Positions 14,474 through 28,300 are shown, counted from the first letter of the stretch. The stretch is 57,381 bases of DNA from Prorocentrum cordatum (GCA_963575745.1 CAUYUJ010000033.1:62001-119381); one strand, 5' to 3'. Numbers and translations: made by a program. Notes: a model not told the origin generated them from the letters alone.

Positions 14474-14794
14474 TGACGATTGAGGAGGATGATGGGATGA
14501 TGACCGCGCTACTTGGATTTGTTCTGTCCGTCTTTCTCAAGACATCTCGCAAACGGAAAAGGAGCGCACTGCGGAGCGGCGTGTGAAGCGGACAGTCGGC
14601 AAAACTTGCAGGCTGAGAAGCACCGCAGAAACTCGGAGGCTGAGAAGCACCGCGGCCGCGCAGTCCTACTACTGCTGGAAATGAAGAGCAGACGACCTCT
14701 CCTGTGGGGGAGGCAAGGGAGGCCCGGGAGCCCGAGCACGCTGCTCCGGGGCAGGCAGAGGGAGGGGAGCATCCCCCGCGGTGCGACTCTGCGG

Positions 14795-15050
14795 TCCTAC
14801 AGTTGGCTCCGGGCATTCAAAATGTGGCACGGGAATGGTGTTCTGGGAAGTCCAAGAGCACGAAGTGGCCTACGGTTGGCTCCGGGCATCCAAAATGTGG
14901 CCCGGGAATGGAGTTCTGGGAAATCGAAGAGCACGAAGTGGCCTATAGTTGGCTCCGGGCATCCAAAATGTGGCCCGGGAGTGGAGTTCTGGGAAGTCGA
15001 AGAGCACGAAGTGGCCTACAGTTGGCTCCGGGCATTCAAAGCACGAAGTG
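14795..15050 (+). repeat. ~73-bp tandem repeat, internal to the A/B element family
   Basis: ttggctccggg at 14803, 14876, 14949, 15022; the same unit occurs at 16516-16615 and 19293-19590. Confidence 0.9.
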
Positions 15051-15339
15051 TGTGACTGTTTGCTTAAAACGAGCCCGGCCCTCGCCTGTCCGGCTCCCGC
15101 CCAGACCCCCATGGGGAGTCATCAGATGCTCTCTTTTGACCCCATTAGAAACCTATCAGTCTTCGCTGTTAGGTAATTATCCCGGCAAAGCAACCTAACA
15201 GCGATGTGTATAAGCATATCTGGAAGCATTCCCCTTAAGATTCATTTGATAATCCAGTTGTCGAATTCTGCTGTTCTCGCAGTCGCAGTCGCATTCGCAA
15301 CGACAGTCGCAGTGGCAACGGCCTTAGGACACAATGGAA

Positions 15340-15565
15340 TGCTAAGGATTCCTATGGATTCCTAAGGCATCCTTAGGCATACATAGGAATCCTTAGGAAA
15401 CCTGATTCCTATGGATTCCTAGGGATTCCTAGGGATTCCTAAGGCATCCTTACGCATCCTTAGGAATCCATAGGAATCCTTAAGGAACCTTAGGAATCCT
15501 GATTCCGAGGGATTCCTAGGGCATCTTTAGGATTCATAGGGAATCCTAAAGATTCCGAAGGATTC
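15340..15565. repeat. 10-bp quasi-palindromic repeat (ggattcctaa/ggaatcctta)
   Basis: Decamer register visible; also at 19590-19620. Confidence 0.8.
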
Positions 15566-15566
15566 G

Positions 15567-16515
15567 CCTGCCTCAGCCTCAGCCTGCCTCAGCCTCAGCC
15601 TCAGCCTGTCTCAGCCTCAGCCTGCCTCAGCATCGGCCTCAGCCTCAGCCTCAGCCTGCCTCGGCTTGCCTCGGCCTCAGCCTCAGCCTGCCTCGGCCTC
15701 AGCCTCAGCCTCAGCCTGCCTCAGCCTCAGCCTCAGCCTGCCTCAGCCCCAGCCTGCATCAGCCTCAGCCTCAGCCTGCCTTAGCCGCAGCTTGCCTCAG
15801 CCTCAGCCACAGGCTCAGCCTCAGCCTGCCTCAGCTTCAGCCTCAGCCTCAGCCTGCCTCGGCTCGCCTCAGCCTCAGCCTCAGCCTGCCTCAGCTTCAG
15901 CCTCAGCCTCAGCCTGCCTCAGCCTCAGCGTCAGCCTATCAGCCTCAGCCTGCATCAGCCTCAGCCTCAGCCTCAGCCTGCCTCAGCCTCAGTCTCAGCC
16001 TGCCTCAGCCTCAGCCTCAGCCTGCCTCGGCCTCAGCCTGCGTCAGCCTCAGCCTCAGCCTGCCTCAGCCTCAGCCTCAGCCTGCCTCAGCCGCAGCCTG
16101 CCTCAGCCTCAGCCACAGGCTCAGCCTCAGCCTCAGCCTGCCTCAGCTTCAGCCTCAGCCTCAGCCTGCCTCGGCTCGCCTCAGCCTCAGCCTCAGCCTC
16201 AGCCTGCCTCGGCCTCAGCCTCAGCCTCAGCCTGCCTCAGCCTCAGCGTCAGCCTCTCAGCCTCAGCCTGCATCAGCCTCAGCCTCAGCCTCAGCCTGCC
16301 TCAGCCTCAGCCTGCCTCAGCCTCAGCCCTCAGCCTGCCTCAGGCTGCTCAGCCTCAGCCTGCCTCAGCCTCAGCAGCCCTCAGCCTCAAGCCTGCCTCA
16401 GCCTGCCTCAGGCCTCAGCCTCAGCCTCAGCCTCAGCCTCCTCGGCCTCGGCGTGCCTCAGCCTCAGCCTCAGCCTGCCTCGGCCTCAGCCTGCCTCGGC
16501 CTCAGCCTGCCTCAG
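15567..16515 (+). repeat. (GCCTCA)n hexamer microsatellite with gcct inserts
   Basis: Direct inspection. Confidence 0.97.
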
Positions 16516-16615
16516 CTCGGGCATTCAAAATATGGCACAGGACTGGTGTTCTGGGAACACAAAGATCACGAAGTGGCCCATAGTTGGCTCCAGGCAATCA
16601 AAATATGGTACAGGA

Positions 16616-18253
16616 ATTCGCCGGCCCAACGGGCCAGAGGCGTGCTAAGACTAAGATCTCCGGTGACTGGTAAACAGTATTTCTGGTTCGCGCGCGCGGG
16701 GCGGCCACTGGGGGTCCCTGGATCAAAAGTACCCCGAGAGGAGCCCGGGACACGCCCGGGACACGCCCGGGACACTCCCCCAGATCCTCCAGGATCGCCC
16801 CAAGAGGGCCCCAAGAGGCCCCCAACACAATCCAAGAGAGGTCCGAGACGCCCGAAGATCGCTCCACGGCGCCCACGATGGCCTCCAGACGGCCCAAGAG
16901 GTCTCCAAGATGACCCAAGAAGCCTCCAAGATGCCCCAAGAGGCCTCCAGGAGCACTCCCAAGAGGGCCCCTAGAGGCAAAAATCAATGCTTCTTTTTTA
17001 GGTTTTGGACAGATTTGGGCGTTTCAACCTTTTCGGTTCCCCGACGCCCCTAAACGGCTCAAGAGGCCTCCAAGATCGCACCAAGAGGGCCCAAGAGGCC
17101 CTCAAAAGGGCCCCAAGACGGCCCAAGACGGCTCCAAGACGGCCCCAGAGGCCTCCAAGACGGCCCAAGAGGGCCCCAAGAACGCCCCCAACACGGTCCA
17201 AGAGAGGTCCGAGTCGCCCGAAGATCGCTCTACGACGCCCAAGATGGCCTCCGGACGGCCCAATACGTCTCCAAGATGGCCCAAGAAGCCTCCAAGATGC
17301 CCCAAGAGGCCTCCAAGAGAACTCCCAAGAGGGCCCCAAGAGGCATAAAACTGTGCTTTCCCTTGGTTTTGGACAGATTTGGGCGTTTTAACCTTTTCGG
17401 TTCCCCGACGCCCCTAAACGGCTCAAGAGGCCTCCAAGATCGCCCCAAGAGGGCCCAAGAGGCCTCCAGGACGGCCCAAGAGGGCCCCAAGAACGCCCCC
17501 AACACGGTCCAAGAGAGGTCCGAGTCGCCCGAAGATCGCTCCACGACGCCCAAGATGGCCTCCAGACGGCCCAAGACGTCTCCAAGATGACCCAAGAAGC
17601 CTCCAAGATCCCCAGGAGGTCTCCAAGTGCATTCCCAAGAGGGCCCCAAGAGGCAAACAAACAATGCTTTTCCATAGGTTTTGGACAGATTTGGGCGTTT
17701 CAACCTTTTCGGTTCCCCGACGCCCCTAAACGGCTCAAGAGGCCTCCAAGATCGCCCCAAAAGGGCCCAAGAGGCCCCCAAGAGGGCTCCAAGATGGCCC
17801 AAGACGGCTCCAAGACGGCCCAAGAGGCCTCCAAGACGGCCCAAGAGGGCCCCAAGAACGCTTCAAGAACGCCCCAAGAGGGGGTTCACGAAACAGAATT
17901 TCGAGCTCTCGGCCCTGCGAGGCCCCCGGGAGGCCCCAAGACGCCCCCAAAGGCCCCAAGAGGCCCCCAAGAGGCCCTCAAGAGGCCTCAAGAGGCATCC
18001 AAAAGGCCCTGTGTAGGCCTCCAAAAAACCCTCAGGAGGCCCCCAGGACGCCTCCAAGACTCCAGCCAGACGCGACTTGGGAAACGCGGGTCGGGGTGGT
18101 CCTCCTCCCCCGCGTTCGGCCTCCAGCCTCGAGCCTCGACCCTCCACGACGACGACGACGACCGGCGGGCGGCGGCGGCGGGCGGCGGCGGCGGCGGCGA
18201 CGACGACGACAAAGGCGCTCCTCATCGCTCCTCATCCCCCTCCTCCTTCCTCC

Positions 18254-18285
<32 letters not shown>

Positions 18286-19290
18286 CTCCTCGTCGTCCTC
18301 CTCCTCCTCCTCCTCCTCCTCCTCCTCCTCTTCCTCCTCCCCCCATTCAGAATGGACGACATCCGACGACAAAGGCGCCCCTCATCGCTCCTAAATTTCC
18401 AGCTCCTCTTATCTCGTGCACCTTCCTCTTCCTCCTCCTCCGTCCTCCTCCTGTCCTCCAGTCCTCCTTCCTCCTCCTCCTCCTCCTCCTCCTCCTCCTC
18501 CACCTCCTCCACCTCCACCCCCTCCTCCTCCTCCTCCTCCTCCTCCACCTCCTCCTCCTCCCCCGTAATGCAAAAAAGACGGCATCCCGACGGCAAAAAA
18601 AGGCTCTCCTCCATCGCTTCTCATCGCTTCTCATCGCCCTCCCCCACCACATCCTCCTCCTCCTCCTCCTCCACCTCCCTCCTCCTCCCCCTCCTTATCG
18701 AACCTCCTCCTCCTCCTCCTCCCTCCTCCTCCTCTCCTCCTCTTCATCCCGTCCTCCTCCCGTCCTCCTCCCGTCCTCTCTCCTCCTCCACCTCCTCCTC
18801 CTCCTCCTCCTCCCCTCCTCCCTCCTCCTCCTCCTCCTCCTCCTCCTCCTCCTCCTCCTCCTCCTCCTCCTCCTCCTCCCCCCCTCCCTCCTCCTCCTCC
18901 TCCTCCTCCTCCTCCTCCTCCTCCTCCGCCCCTCCCCCTCCTCCTCCACCTCCTCCTCCTCCACCTCCTCCTCTCCTCCTCCTCCTCCCGTCTCCACCTC
19001 CTCCTCCTCCTCCTCATCCTTCTCTCCTCCACCTCCACCTCTTCCTCGTACTCCTCCTCCTCCTCCTCCTCCTCCTCCTCCTCCTCATCCTCCTCCTCCT
19101 CCTCCTCCTCCTCCTCCTCCTCCTCCTCCTCCTCCGCCCATTCAAAATCGACGACAGCCGCTCGGAAGTGTCCCTGGATTCCTCCGGGGTACACAGATTT
19201 CTTCGCACATCGATTTCCGGCGCTAAAGAGGGCTCCCAAGAGGCCCTAAAGAAGGCTCCAGGGCCGGCGGAATGAGCGAAGCGATGAAAT
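16616..19290 (+). mobile_element. Element C: CCAAGA-rich non-autonomous asymmetric-IR element inserted into a 73-bp unit of B
   Basis: attcgccggccc (16616-16627) / gggccggcggaat (19261-19273) near-perfect IR; 5' hairpin ggccc-aac-gggcc; 3' gcgaagc mini-hairpin (19276-19282); host 73-bp unit resumes at ~19291; internal ~310-360 bp tandem duplications (anchors 17005, 17369, 17681) and (CCT)n at 18235-19135. Confidence 0.75.
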
Positions 19291-19292
19291 AA

Positions 19293-19590
19293 TGTTCTGG
19301 GAACACGAAGAACACGAAGTGGCCTACAGTTGGCTCCGGGCATTCAAAATGTGGCCTGGGTGTTCTGGGAACACGAAGAACACGAAGTGGCCTACAGTTG
19401 GCTCCGGGCATTCGAAATGTGGCCTGGGAGTGGTGTTCTGGGAACACGAAGAACACGAAGTGGCCTACAGTTGGCTCAGGGCATTCAAAAAAGTGGCCTG
19501 GGAATGGTGTTCTGGGAACACGAAGAACACGAAGTGGCCTACAATTGGCTCCGGGCATTCAAAATGTGGCCTGGGAATGGTGTTCTGGGG
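19293..19590 (+). repeat. ~73-bp tandem repeat, 4 copies
   Basis: ttggctc anchors at 19329, 19398, 19471, 19545. Confidence 0.9.
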
Positions 19591-19844
19591 ATGGATTCTT
19601 AAGGATTCCTAAGGATTCCTGGGGCTGCCGGTTTTTGCCGGTCTTGTCCGGATCCCGCCCAGACCCCCCTGGGGAGTCATGAGGCCTTTTTTAACCCCAC
19701 TAGAAACCTATCAGTCTTCGCTGTTAGGTAAATACCCAACCAAGGAGGGTTGGGGAAAAACACAAAACAAAAACCGCCGTAGGCATTGATTCCACACGAT
19801 GCACAGCGAGCCCGCCGTAGGTGCCGAAGTTTCGTCAAAGCAAT

Positions 19845-20510
19845 GAGGGTGGGTCGCGGATGGGTCGCGGGGTGGGTCGTTGGGTGGGTCGCGGGGTGGG
19901 TCGCGCGTGGGTCTCTCATGTATTGCGGGGTGGGTGGCTGGGTGGGTCGCGGGTGGGTCGCGTAGTGGGGTCGGTCGCGAGGTGGGTCGCATGTGGGTCG
20001 CGGATGGGACGACATCAAGAGCAGCAGAAAGCAAAGTCCGCGCGGCGGAGCCCCACTTCAGCCACGCACCCAGGAACGGTGTAAGACCGCTCGCCCCCCT
20101 CACTCTTCCATGTATAATATCTGTCTGTATGCATGCATGTATGTATGTATGGATGTATGCATGCATGTATGTATGTATGTGTATGTTTATATGCATGTAT
20201 AGGTGTGTGTGTGTATGTATGTATGTATGTATGGATGCATGTACGTACGTACGTATGCATGCAGGTATGTGTGCGTGTATGTTTGTATGCATGCATGTAT
20301 GTATGCATATATAAGTATGCATGCCCGTATTCATGAACGCACGTGTATACATATATATATGTATATATGTATAGGGTATGCGTACTTGTATGCATGCATG
20401 CATGCATGCATGTATGTATGTATGTATGCATGCATACAGGCATATGTATGTATACATACATACACGCATATCTATGTTTCAAGAGAGGTACGGACTGCGT
20501 ATGCATGTAT
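19845..20510 (+). repeat. (GGGT/CGCG)-type repeat followed by (ATGT/ATGC)n microsatellite
   Basis: gggtcgc units at 19845-20010; gtat/gcat tetramers at 20120-20510. Confidence 0.9.
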
Positions 20511-22703
20511 GTCCCAATATCTAGACTATTATACTCTCTTGATTCTCTCTGCTCTCTACTGGGGGGCCCTGGAGCCAACTACCCAGAGGGGTCCGCCGGA
20601 ACTTTTCACCAAAACTTGGAACGGAGAACTTGGGAACCCAACCGCCTGCCGACATCGGCAGAACACTTCCGCCGCAATCCACTGAAAAATCTGTCGAATA
20701 CGGGGACCCCTGGACCCGGAACCAGGGAAACCAGGAATCGGCCTGGCAGCTTCGACAAATCCTAAGCAAATCGGCGAGGACCCTCTCAGCACACTGCTGA
20801 AAAGAAAACCAGCATTGTAAAATCATGATTTGTGCGCAAGGCTCCGGCTGAGCGCCCGGCCCACCCCACTGACACGTTTCATGGCGCGACGAGGGGGGGG
20901 TGGGGGTGTTCATAAGGACGAGGGAAGTTAAGAGGAGGAGGATAAGGAGGAGGAGGAGAAGCAGGGAAGGAGAAGGATGAGAAGGAGCGCATTCCACGCC
21001 ACCTCTGTGATAGAAGGAAAAAGGAACCAGGATGTTGATGATGATGGTGGCGCGCCCCCAAATGCGGTCCTTCAAAATATGACGGAAAACGTATCACCAA
21101 AGAGATCAGCTGGAGAGTCGGTCTCTCCCGCCCATGAATTCGAGATTCGATGATTTAATCTGCAAGCTTCCATACAACTTGTTTGTCGCGAGATCCTCTC
21201 GGATGAAATCGATTCGACCACCCTGACTGGTCCCACCAGTCCACCTTGCCTCTGGCAGACCTCGTGAAAATTGTGCTCGAGACAGTGCTTGAATTTACCC
21301 AGGCTCGCCTTTGCAATGCAATGCAGTCGTGGCCCTGCTCGCGCATGGCCCGCACAGCCATCAACACCCCGTGGCGCTGAAGGTGGGAGAGCCACAGCAA
21401 AGCATGAAGATCTTCTTTCCCATGTTTACGCAGGCGTGGGCCACGGATAATCTGTCAAAAGTGGCGCGTGCTGTCGAGATCTCTGGGCACATTGCTGGGA
21501 TAATTAAGCGTGCTTAGTTCACGCTCCACACGCTGAGGCGGAGGAGTGAGGAGGAGGATGACGAGGCCGAGGACGAGGATGAGAGGAAGGAGCTGGAGGA
21601 ATCCCCAGACCCCTGTCTGCATTGGAGCGGCCAGTCACCGTGGCGCCGTGCAGGAAAATGGCGCCGAGTTCCGCTGTGACGCACGCTGGCGGGGCCAAGG
21701 CGCAGCCATGCAAAGGCGCAGTCACTCAAATTCCGCTCGTTCGGCGGCGCGCCAACGGTGCGTGCCGAGGGAGAGCGACCTCCTCCCCTATCCTCGTTTT
21801 GGCTCACCCCAACCTGGTTCACCACGGACTCCTCCCCTATCATCATTCGTCTGCGCCTCCCTCCTCCTCCCCCCTCCCCCTCCATGACCTCCATACCCCT
21901 CCCTCCCCAGACATGCGATGTCTTGAATACTTCAGCATGGCGTCCATGGAAATCCCGACCCCTTCCCTAGGGCCACGTTTTCGTCCCGGGTCGTTTTTTG
22001 AAGGTTCCGGGGCTGGCGAGGGCCCCGGGAGGCCGGAAACTGCCAAAAACCTTCCGTCGTCTTTATCTCCCTCCGCCCTCCACCACGCACCCGCCCCCCC
22101 CTCGAAGAAATGCGCGGAGTGGCGCCGGACCAAAGGAATCGGCGGCTGGCGCCGCCAAGCCAGGGCAGTCTCAAAGTGGGGGGGGCACCCGTTCTTGCTT
22201 CCTGCTGCTGCTGCTGCTCGTCCTTCTCCTGCTCCTCCCCCTCCTCCTCCTCCTCCTCCTCCTCCTCCTCCTCCTCCTCCTCCTCCTCCTCCTCCCGATC
22301 CTCCTCCTCCTCCTCCTCCTCCTTCTCCTCCCCCCTCCTCCCTCGTCTTATTTTTTCTTCCAAATACATGTCGCCGCCGGTTCACCCGACGCGGGCTTCT
22401 CCCGGCAGATTGGGAGAAGCGATTCAACTAGTGCTTGATGTGTATACACATGTGTATATATATATATATATATACGTATACATATGTATTCACGTATATA
22501 TGGTTCCCCTCCTCCCAGCATCCCTCCAAACCACCACAACAACAAACTACTCACTAATCGTGTTCTCCTCCTCTCCCTTCTCCCTCCTTCTCCTCCTCGT
22601 CTCCCTCCTCCTCTACCTCCTCCTCCTCCTCCTCCTCCTCTTCCTCCTCTTCCTCCTCCTCCTCCTCCTCCTCACCGCTCGCGCCACAAGCGCGACAGGA
22701 AGG

Positions 22704-23096
22704 CTGAAAACCATTGTGTTTCCAGGTTCCCCAAGCCCTGCAATTGGAAAACGCAATATGTTTTTGATTATCCCGATTTGTTTTTGTTTTGTCCCAGAAC
22801 TCCTGGAAAGACTGCTCAATTTGCGCAGTCTCCCCAGGAAAACTGAGCATCAAAAAGACATGATAACATATATAACGAGACACCTGTCCTTAATTGCAAG
22901 ACTTTCGGAAACGCTCAACGCTGTATCGTTTTGATGCTTACGATTTGTCATGTGCCTTCACGTTTCCTGGGGAGACTGTCCAGCTTGCGCAATCTCTCCA
23001 GGAACTCTGAACATTGAAAACAACTTTTGATGTACACACACAGCTGGCGTGACAAATCGCAGGAATTGGGGAACCTGATAACACAATGGATTTCAG
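22704..23096. mobile_element. Foldback/MITE-like palindromic element (~390 bp)
   Basis: ctgaaaaccattgtgtttccaggttcccca vs tggggaacctgataacacaatggatttcag, and cagtctccccaggaa vs ttcctggggagactg: long imperfect inverted arms; no clear TSD. Confidence 0.7.
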
Positions 23097-23681
23097 AGAC
23101 CGCTCCTCTCTCTCTATCTCTCTGTCCCTCTCTTGCTCTTTCTTTCTCTTTCGCTATCCTGCTCTCCCTCACTCTATTAACCAAACCTCCCTCTCTTCCC
23201 ATGACGCTGTGCCCTGTCCCCCGTATTCCTCACGCAACTCGCCTAATTGTTCATACTGTTGAAATTGGCCTTACGTCCGCCCTCACTCTCCTCATGTCTT
23301 CCGCTCTGATCCTCGTTGCTCCCTTCCGCTCCCGTCCCTGTTCCTCGTGTGTTTCGTAGTTTTCTCTAGCTCCTACTACGGGTCCAACTACAAGCAGTAG
23401 CAACATTTCCAGTGCAACTCACAGTCAAGCTCTGACTACTGCCCGTTAAAAAGCCAACAGTGCAGCTGCCGCTCCAATTCCCAATTTTCCGCAAACCAGA
23501 ACTATCGATATAGATAAGGCTGCTGCCTCTATTGCATCACCCGCCACACTTCCCAACCCATATCCCACAACAGCCAGCAACGCAATTCTCACTACAACTC
23601 CTGCGCCAATTCCTTCTAGATGTCAGTACAACTTCCACAACTTATCGCAACATAACTCTTATTATAACCCGTGCCAAAACC

Positions 23682-23740
23682 AATTACGCTACCGAGGAAC
23701 CCCACATACTTAATTTAAATCTTCTGTGTTTGCTTATGTG

Positions 23741-23777
<37 letters not shown>

Positions 23778-25373
23778 ATCCTGCGTTCTGGGCCCTCGTC
23801 GCGAATGCTCCCTGCTAGGCTTTGCGCCAATGTCGTGGATAGCGGCAGAGCTGAGAGACCACCCCCTGAGCACCCCCTGTGGTGTCGAGCAAGTGCCACG
23901 CCTGCTAGGCTTTGCGCCAGTGTCGTGGATAGCGGCCGAGCTGAGAGACCACCCCCTGCGCACCCCCTGTCTTGTCGAGAAAGTGCCACGCCTGCTAGGC
24001 TTTGGCGCCAGTGTCGTGGATAGCGGCCGAGCTGAAAGACCACCCCCTGCGCACCCCGTGTGGTGTCGAGAAAGTGCCACGCCTGCTAGGCTTTGCGCCA
24101 GTGTCGTGGATAACGGCCGAGCTGAGAGACCACACCCTGCGCACCCCGTGTGGTGTCGCGAAAGTGCCACGCCTGCTAGGCTTTGCGACAGTGTCGTGAA
24201 TAGCGACCGTGAGAGACCACCCCCTGCGCACCCCCTGTGGTGTCGAGAAAGTGCCACGCTTGCTAGGTTTGCGCCAATGCCGTGGATAGCGGCCGAGCTG
24301 AGAGACCACCCCCTGCGCACCCCGTGTGGTGTCGAGAAAGTGCCACGCCTGCTAGGCTTTGCGCCAGTGTCGCGGATAGCGGCCGAGCTGAGAGACCACC
24401 CCATGCGCACCCCCTGTGGTGTCGCGAAAATGCCACGCCTGCTAGCCTTTGCGCCAGTGTCGTGGATAGCGGCCGAGCTGAGAGACCACCCCCTGCGCAC
24501 CCCCTGTGGTGTCGAGAAAGTGCCACGCCTGCTAGCCTTGCGCCAGTGTCGTGGATAGGCCGAGGTGAGAGACCACCCCCTGCGCACCCCCTGTGGTGTC
24601 GAGAAAGTGCCACGCCTGCTGCTTTGCGCCAGTGTCGTGGATAGCGGCCGAGCTGAGAGACCACCCCCTGCACCCCCGCGAGAAAGTGCCACGCCTGCTA
24701 GGTGCGCCAGTGTCGTGGATAGCGACCGAGCTGAGAGACCACCCCCTGCCCACCCCCTTTGGTGTCGAGAAAGTGCCACGCCTGCTAGGCTTTGCGCCAG
24801 TGTCGCGGATAGGGACCGCGGTGAGAGACCAACCGCTGCGCACCCCCTGTGGTGTCGAGAAAGTGCCACGCCTGCTAGGCTTTGCGCCAGTGTCGTGGAT
24901 AGCGGCCGAGCTGAGAGACCACCCCCTGCGCACCCCCTGCGGTGTCGAGAAAGTGCCACGCCCGCTAGGCTTTGCGCCAATGTCGTGGATAGCGGCCGAG
25001 CTGAGAGACCACCCCCTGCCCACCCCCTTTGGTGCCGAGAGAGTGCCACGCCTGCTAGGCTTTGCGCCAGTGTCGTGGATAGCGGCCGAGCTGAGAGACC
25101 ACCCCCTGCGCACCCCCTTTGGTGCCGAGAAAGTGCCACGAGCTGTGCTGTGCTGTGCTGAACTGAGCCGTGCTGGGCTGTGCTGAGCTGTGCTGAGCTG
25201 TGCTGTGTGCTGAGCTGAGCTGAGCTGTGTGCTGTGCTGAGCTGAGCTGTGCTGTGCTGTGCTGTGCTGTGATGCGCTGTGCTGTGCTGAGCTGTGCTGT
25301 GCGAAGAGTGAGGTGTGTCGCGGGTGCGGCGCGGCAGGGAAGAAAACCCGAACCCCACGAAGCATGTCGGGAA
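23682..25373 (-). mobile_element. Element F (D/E-like termini) carrying a 90-bp satellite and a (GCTGT/GCTGA)n tract
   Basis: Left end aattacgctaccgaggaaccccacat resembles the D/E left ends; right end aaaacccgaaccccacgaagcatgtcgggaa; IR ccccacat / atgtcggg (7/8). Confidence 0.55.
23811..25140 (+). repeat. Tandem satellite, 90-bp unit, ~15 copies
   Basis: cctgctaggc anchor at 23811, 23901, 23991 ... Confidence 0.95.
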
Positions 25374-28300
25374 TAGTAATGCTCTCGCAACTCTCACTAC
25401 ACGTCCTGCCAGAACCATTGGTACCGTTCCTGCTACAAGCTCTGCTGGCTCTTTACTAGATCCCAAACTACAGCGTCCAGTGCAACTCTGCAACCCCTAC
25501 GTCAAGATCGCTCAACTCCTGTTGCTGAAGCCCTGGCCCCATCTTCTGTTGCTGCCACCTGTACCGTTCCTATTCCAATCCGTACTCAACTCCCTAGTGC
25601 AATTCGCATAACAAGTTTCACTACAGCTCTTCCTACAATTCCTACAACAGCTCCTCCTACACGTTCTGGTACAGTCCCTATCGCAAATCCACTAACAGGA
25701 ACAAGTATAGGTTCCAACGCAATTCAGACCACAGCTCCTGCGACAATTACGCTTACACCTCCCAGTAGATCTCAGAATGCAACCCGTACTGCGACTGCTT
25801 CCACATCAACTAAAACAGCTCCCACTACAATTCCTATGGCCAAACCAACATCACACATTATTACAACTCTTACTACAGTTCCCTTACGCAACCTATCGTC
25901 AAGCTCCCTTTGCAGTCCGCACCAGGAGCAAACGATACGTTTCTCGTTGCGGCTCATACTGTGACGTCTTCACTTCAGGTCTTGCAGAAATCGATTCAAA
26001 TCCCAATTGCAGCCAGTTGCGCGGCGCCCCACACAGCTCTCACTACATGTCCTACAGCTGCTTTTGCGACAGCTCCGGCGACGAATCAATTTACGTATGG
26101 TAGAGCAGTGTTCAGTCCAGTACAGCTCAAATTACAACTCCTACTACAATTCATGTTCCAATCAATTTTACAACTGCCGCAACTTGCGCTACAACTCATA
26201 CCAGCGACCGTTCTACGATTCCTGGTGCAACTTCTTAAAAGAAATGTCAACGTACTTCCTGCTGCTACCAGGAAAGCATCTGCCGCCACAACTCCTTCGA
26301 CAACTCCTGCAACAACTTACTCCAACATCTACTACGGCGCCAACCACAACTTGCCACTAAAAGCGCGGACCCGCTTTTCACCACAATTGCTGCTACAACT
26401 CCGACTGCAGCTCATGCTCCACATCCGACTGCATCAACTGCAACCCCTGTTGCAAACCCACAACCCGCCCGTATTGATCCTACGGAAGCCTGGAGCACCG
26501 ACCCTCCGACATCACCGGCAAAATATGAAACCGCGACAGATAGGACAGATTTCTAGACAGGTACCAACACATCTCACACTCCAACTTCACATGCGGTTTC
26601 TAGCAAAGCCACTACTACACCTCTCATTCGAATTCCTGCTAGAGCGTATATACATAATATGAATACAATTCGAACTTCAACTCCCCGACACAGTTAGCGA
26701 TTCAACTCCCGGTGCAACATCTAATGCGACACAACATACAGATCCCACAACAGCTGCTGCTGTTGCCTCCCACAACATCTCTTGCAAACAACAATTCAAC
26801 AACTCAGAATACAGCTGGTAACAACTGCTCGCTCCACAGCCATTACTACAAGTCCTGTTGCAGTCCATATGCGACCAATCGTAAAATTTCTTACTACAGC
26901 TCAAACTGCAGGCCCCTCACACAACCACCAGTACAACTCTCGCTACAACTCGTACAACACTTCCTACTACAGGTTAACACGCAACATCTATCAAATCCGG
27001 TTGAAACCCTCATCGCAATTTACACTACACAATAGCGCGTGGTACATGCGCCAATGCTGATTCTACGAGATCGCACATCAAACTTCGAATAACACATACT
27101 CGTAAAATCCACCATGCGCTGCTAATGCATCTCCCGCTGTAGCTCCTGATTCTTCCCTTTGTGCAACCACTGCAGGCTGAAGTGCAGCTTTCACTGCAAT
27201 TCCTACTACATGTGGACGGCAAGCCTGATGAACATTCTAACTGCAGCTCTGACACAGCCACTGGTACAGCCTTCAGTACAACTCTTGCTACAACACATAC
27301 TGCAACACGTTTCATAACTCTTACTTCAGGCCCTAGCTCAACCACCACTGCAATCTACACGGCTGGCAGCCAGACGTACAGATGCCAGTGTTGCTTCTAC
27401 GAAGGCGTACCCCACACTTCAAATTGCAACTAGTCGTGCACACCCCAATGCAGCTGCCAACGAGCCCCCAAATGCAGCTCCTTATGGTGTCGTAATATAG
27501 TTTTAGCTGCGGTTCCTATGTCATATATACAGTATATCCTGGGACGGATCCTTCTACGATACCCTGGCGCAGTATCCAGGACAGCTCCCATTACACCTCC
27601 TATGTTAAGCGGTGGCACAGCTGTCAGTCCGAATCTTGCCACGTCATCCAACATCAGCTCGTGGACCGGATCGGACAACATTTCGTGCCGCACGCAGTAC
27701 AGCATCCCCCAGCAAAGCTCACTGCAAGTCGTAACTAGCGCTGCTGTTGCGACAACGACTGCGACAACTATTACTCCGAATTTGCAACAGACTTTATTCC
27801 AACTCCCTCTACGTCTGGTGCTACAAAACCCGCGCAGAAGGGGGACTACGAAGATCGCCAGGATGATGACAGGTAGCAGGGTAGGGGGGGAGACGAGGAG
27901 GAGGAGAGGATGAGGAGAAGGAAGGGCCGGGCTGACCATCTACAGTTCAATCTAGAATAAACAACTGCCAAAAGGCCGGGTAAGCATGGCCAGCTGGGGA
28001 ACCTGCGTGGCGTTCGGTGCCGCCAATATGTATGGTCACGTGGCGCGTCGTAGGCAAAACTCTACACTCTACATTCTGCAGGTGGCATAGGCCGTCCCTT
28101 GACTGCGTTCGAAGCAATGTTATAAGTTATAACACAACGTTGACGTCAAGTTATAAAGAATACGAGGCAAGTCAGTCGCACTGCGGCGGGGAGGAGAAGA
28201 GGCCGCCGAGGGAGGAGGAATGGGGTGCGGGGGCGGGCAGACGGAGGAAACAGATGTGCAAGGAACAACAAATATGCCCTATGACCCCAAACTGCTCGAA

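Larger units (their letters stand above)
15177..19731 (-). mobile_element. Element B, second head-to-tail copy of the A family, containing nested element C
   Basis: Same termini as A: ttatcccggcaaagca-acctaacagcga (IR 15193-15204) and tcgctgttaggt-aa (IR 19718-19729); about 100 bp of homology at each end. Confidence 0.75.
23340..27830 (+). repeat. Cryptic, highly degenerate 12-bp-period repeat (consensus near ctacagctcctg), interrupted by element F
   Basis: Register at 25621: ctacagctcttc ctacaattccta caacagctcctc ctacacgttctg gtacagtcccta ... Confidence 0.7.
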
